A DNA stretch of 64,000 nt from Callorhinchus milii (lineage: Eukaryota), in assembly GCF_018977255.1 (NCBI RefSeq), contig NW_024704743.1, positions 91,948,001 through 92,012,000 of the forward strand. Direction: 5' to 3'. The translations under genes and the position numbers were made by a program. This document shows positions 62,835 to 64,000 of this stretch, in pieces. Each line of letters opens with the position of its first letter. Within the stretch, counting starts at the first letter, position 1. The notes under the pieces were generated by a model. That model had not been told where the DNA came from and did no database searches. It worked only from the letters and a program-made list of their open reading frames with translations.

Positions 62835-63242
62835 TGCAGACTACATGTCCAAGGAATTTTTACTTTTTGTAAAGAGGATATTTTATATATTCTCGATGGG
62901 AGCACAAAGCTGCACACCCAAGTTCTCCATGACTCCCAGTATCTTTAAAAGATAGACATGCAATAAAAGTCAAGTTCTATTTGATTTTCTACATAAATAG
63001 GAATAATTATCTTCCGTTGTAACCAATGTTGTGATAACATGCCTTGTACAATTTAATATTAGCAACTGTCTGTTGCTGTGGTGCCTTGAATAAAACATTT
63101 GTTTTGCACAAGTGTCAGACATCCGGCTGATCAAAACAGTAAAAAAAAACATCTCCATCTAAATCAGCCTCCAAACTAAGTAAGTATCTGAATATGGTCA
63201 ATTGCTGACATGGTTGTTATTGTGGAGTGTCTCAATTACTGT

Positions 63243-63562
63243 GGAGTCCTGAAGCTCAGTGGTTAGAGCACTCGCTTTGCAAGCGAGAGACCTGAGTTCA
63301 ATTCCTGGCAGAGGGCGAAACCTTGGGCAAGTTTCCTTACTCCACACGCCTAATAATAATCCCTCCAAAAAAACAATAATAAATTGATCATTTTCAATCT
63401 ACGACTGTTTGTGGGACATTGCTGTGCGCAATTGGCAGCTGCGTTTACCCACAAATATACAGTCAATTCACTTTACGGTGTGTTCTGTGAAGTGCTTTGG
63501 GACGTCCTCCCGACTTGAAAAGCACTATATCAAATGCAAAGATTATTATTATTATTATTATT
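63243..63562 (+). mobile_element. Young chimeric SINE, short variant
   Basis: Full head with TGC anticodon arm and B box, (ATT)n tail. Roughly 95% like 16486-16806 by eye. Confidence 0.95.
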
Positions 63563-63899
63563 GGAGTGTAGGAAAGACAGCCTGTGGTCATTGGTGTGGT
63601 TTCAGGATAGTTAGCTAAAACCACACAATATATATGCACAATATCCACAATAGATATTCCAGAGACCCTAATGTAATGCCAGCTGCACATACTCTGACCG
63701 CTGCATCAACATTGGAACGTGAGCTTTCATTCACTACTCCCTCAATTTCTGGAAATGCCTCCCAAAATCTCTCAATCACTCACACCTTCTCCAAAACCAT
63801 TCTAAAAACTTTCCTCTTCAGCTATGCCTTTGGACACCTTCTCTTACCCCAATCCTGTCTTGCTTGGGTATTATCCCTGTCTCTATACATTGCATTTTG

Positions 63900-64000
63900 T
63901 TTGGATCAGCTTGGTGTCTGAGACATGCGGAAACTCACCGTGTTCAAGAGTATTGAAACCAAACTATTTATGCCACCTACACATGTCAATTTCCCTGTGT
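63900..64000 (-). repeat. Family U 3' end, cut by the window edge
   Basis: ggatcagcttggtgtctgagacatgcggaaactcacc...aagagtatt...ccacctacacatg. Confidence 0.65.

Noticed and set aside
1..64000. Prokaryotic-type systems (operons, CRISPR-Cas, defence islands)
   Set aside because: No gene-dense coding structure; the content is vertebrate retroelements and non-coding DNA.

Overview
Repeat-rich, CpG-depleted vertebrate genomic DNA that looks intergenic or intronic. The repeat set points to a cartilaginous fish, probably a chimaera/elephant-shark-like genome (inference): L2 and CR1 LINEs, tRNA-derived Deu-domain SINEs, a Penelope-like element and solo LTRs. Single N bases at homopolymer ends (7429, 50746) suggest a pyrosequencing-era assembly. 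I recognise no intact host protein-coding gene. The ORFs I can assign are decayed retroelement ORFs: CR1 at 25.7-28.0 kb, L2 at 8.7-10.0 and 40.7-42.8 kb, Penelope at 36.9-38.1 kb. Most interesting: (1) a TSD-flanked dimeric SINE (3150-3770) that looks like the structural precursor of the younger tRNA-Ala/CORE-like/Deu chimeric SINEs in the same window; (2) a hammerhead-ribozyme core in the Penelope terminal repeat; (3) an unclassified ~600-bp repeat family with a TATA-like head and a hairpin/A-rich 3' end; (4) three related solo LTRs; (5) several palindromes and MITE-like foldbacks; (6) a small CpG-rich promoter-like patch and CNE-like unique blocks. Everything was read by eye, so boundaries of old repeats are approximate.
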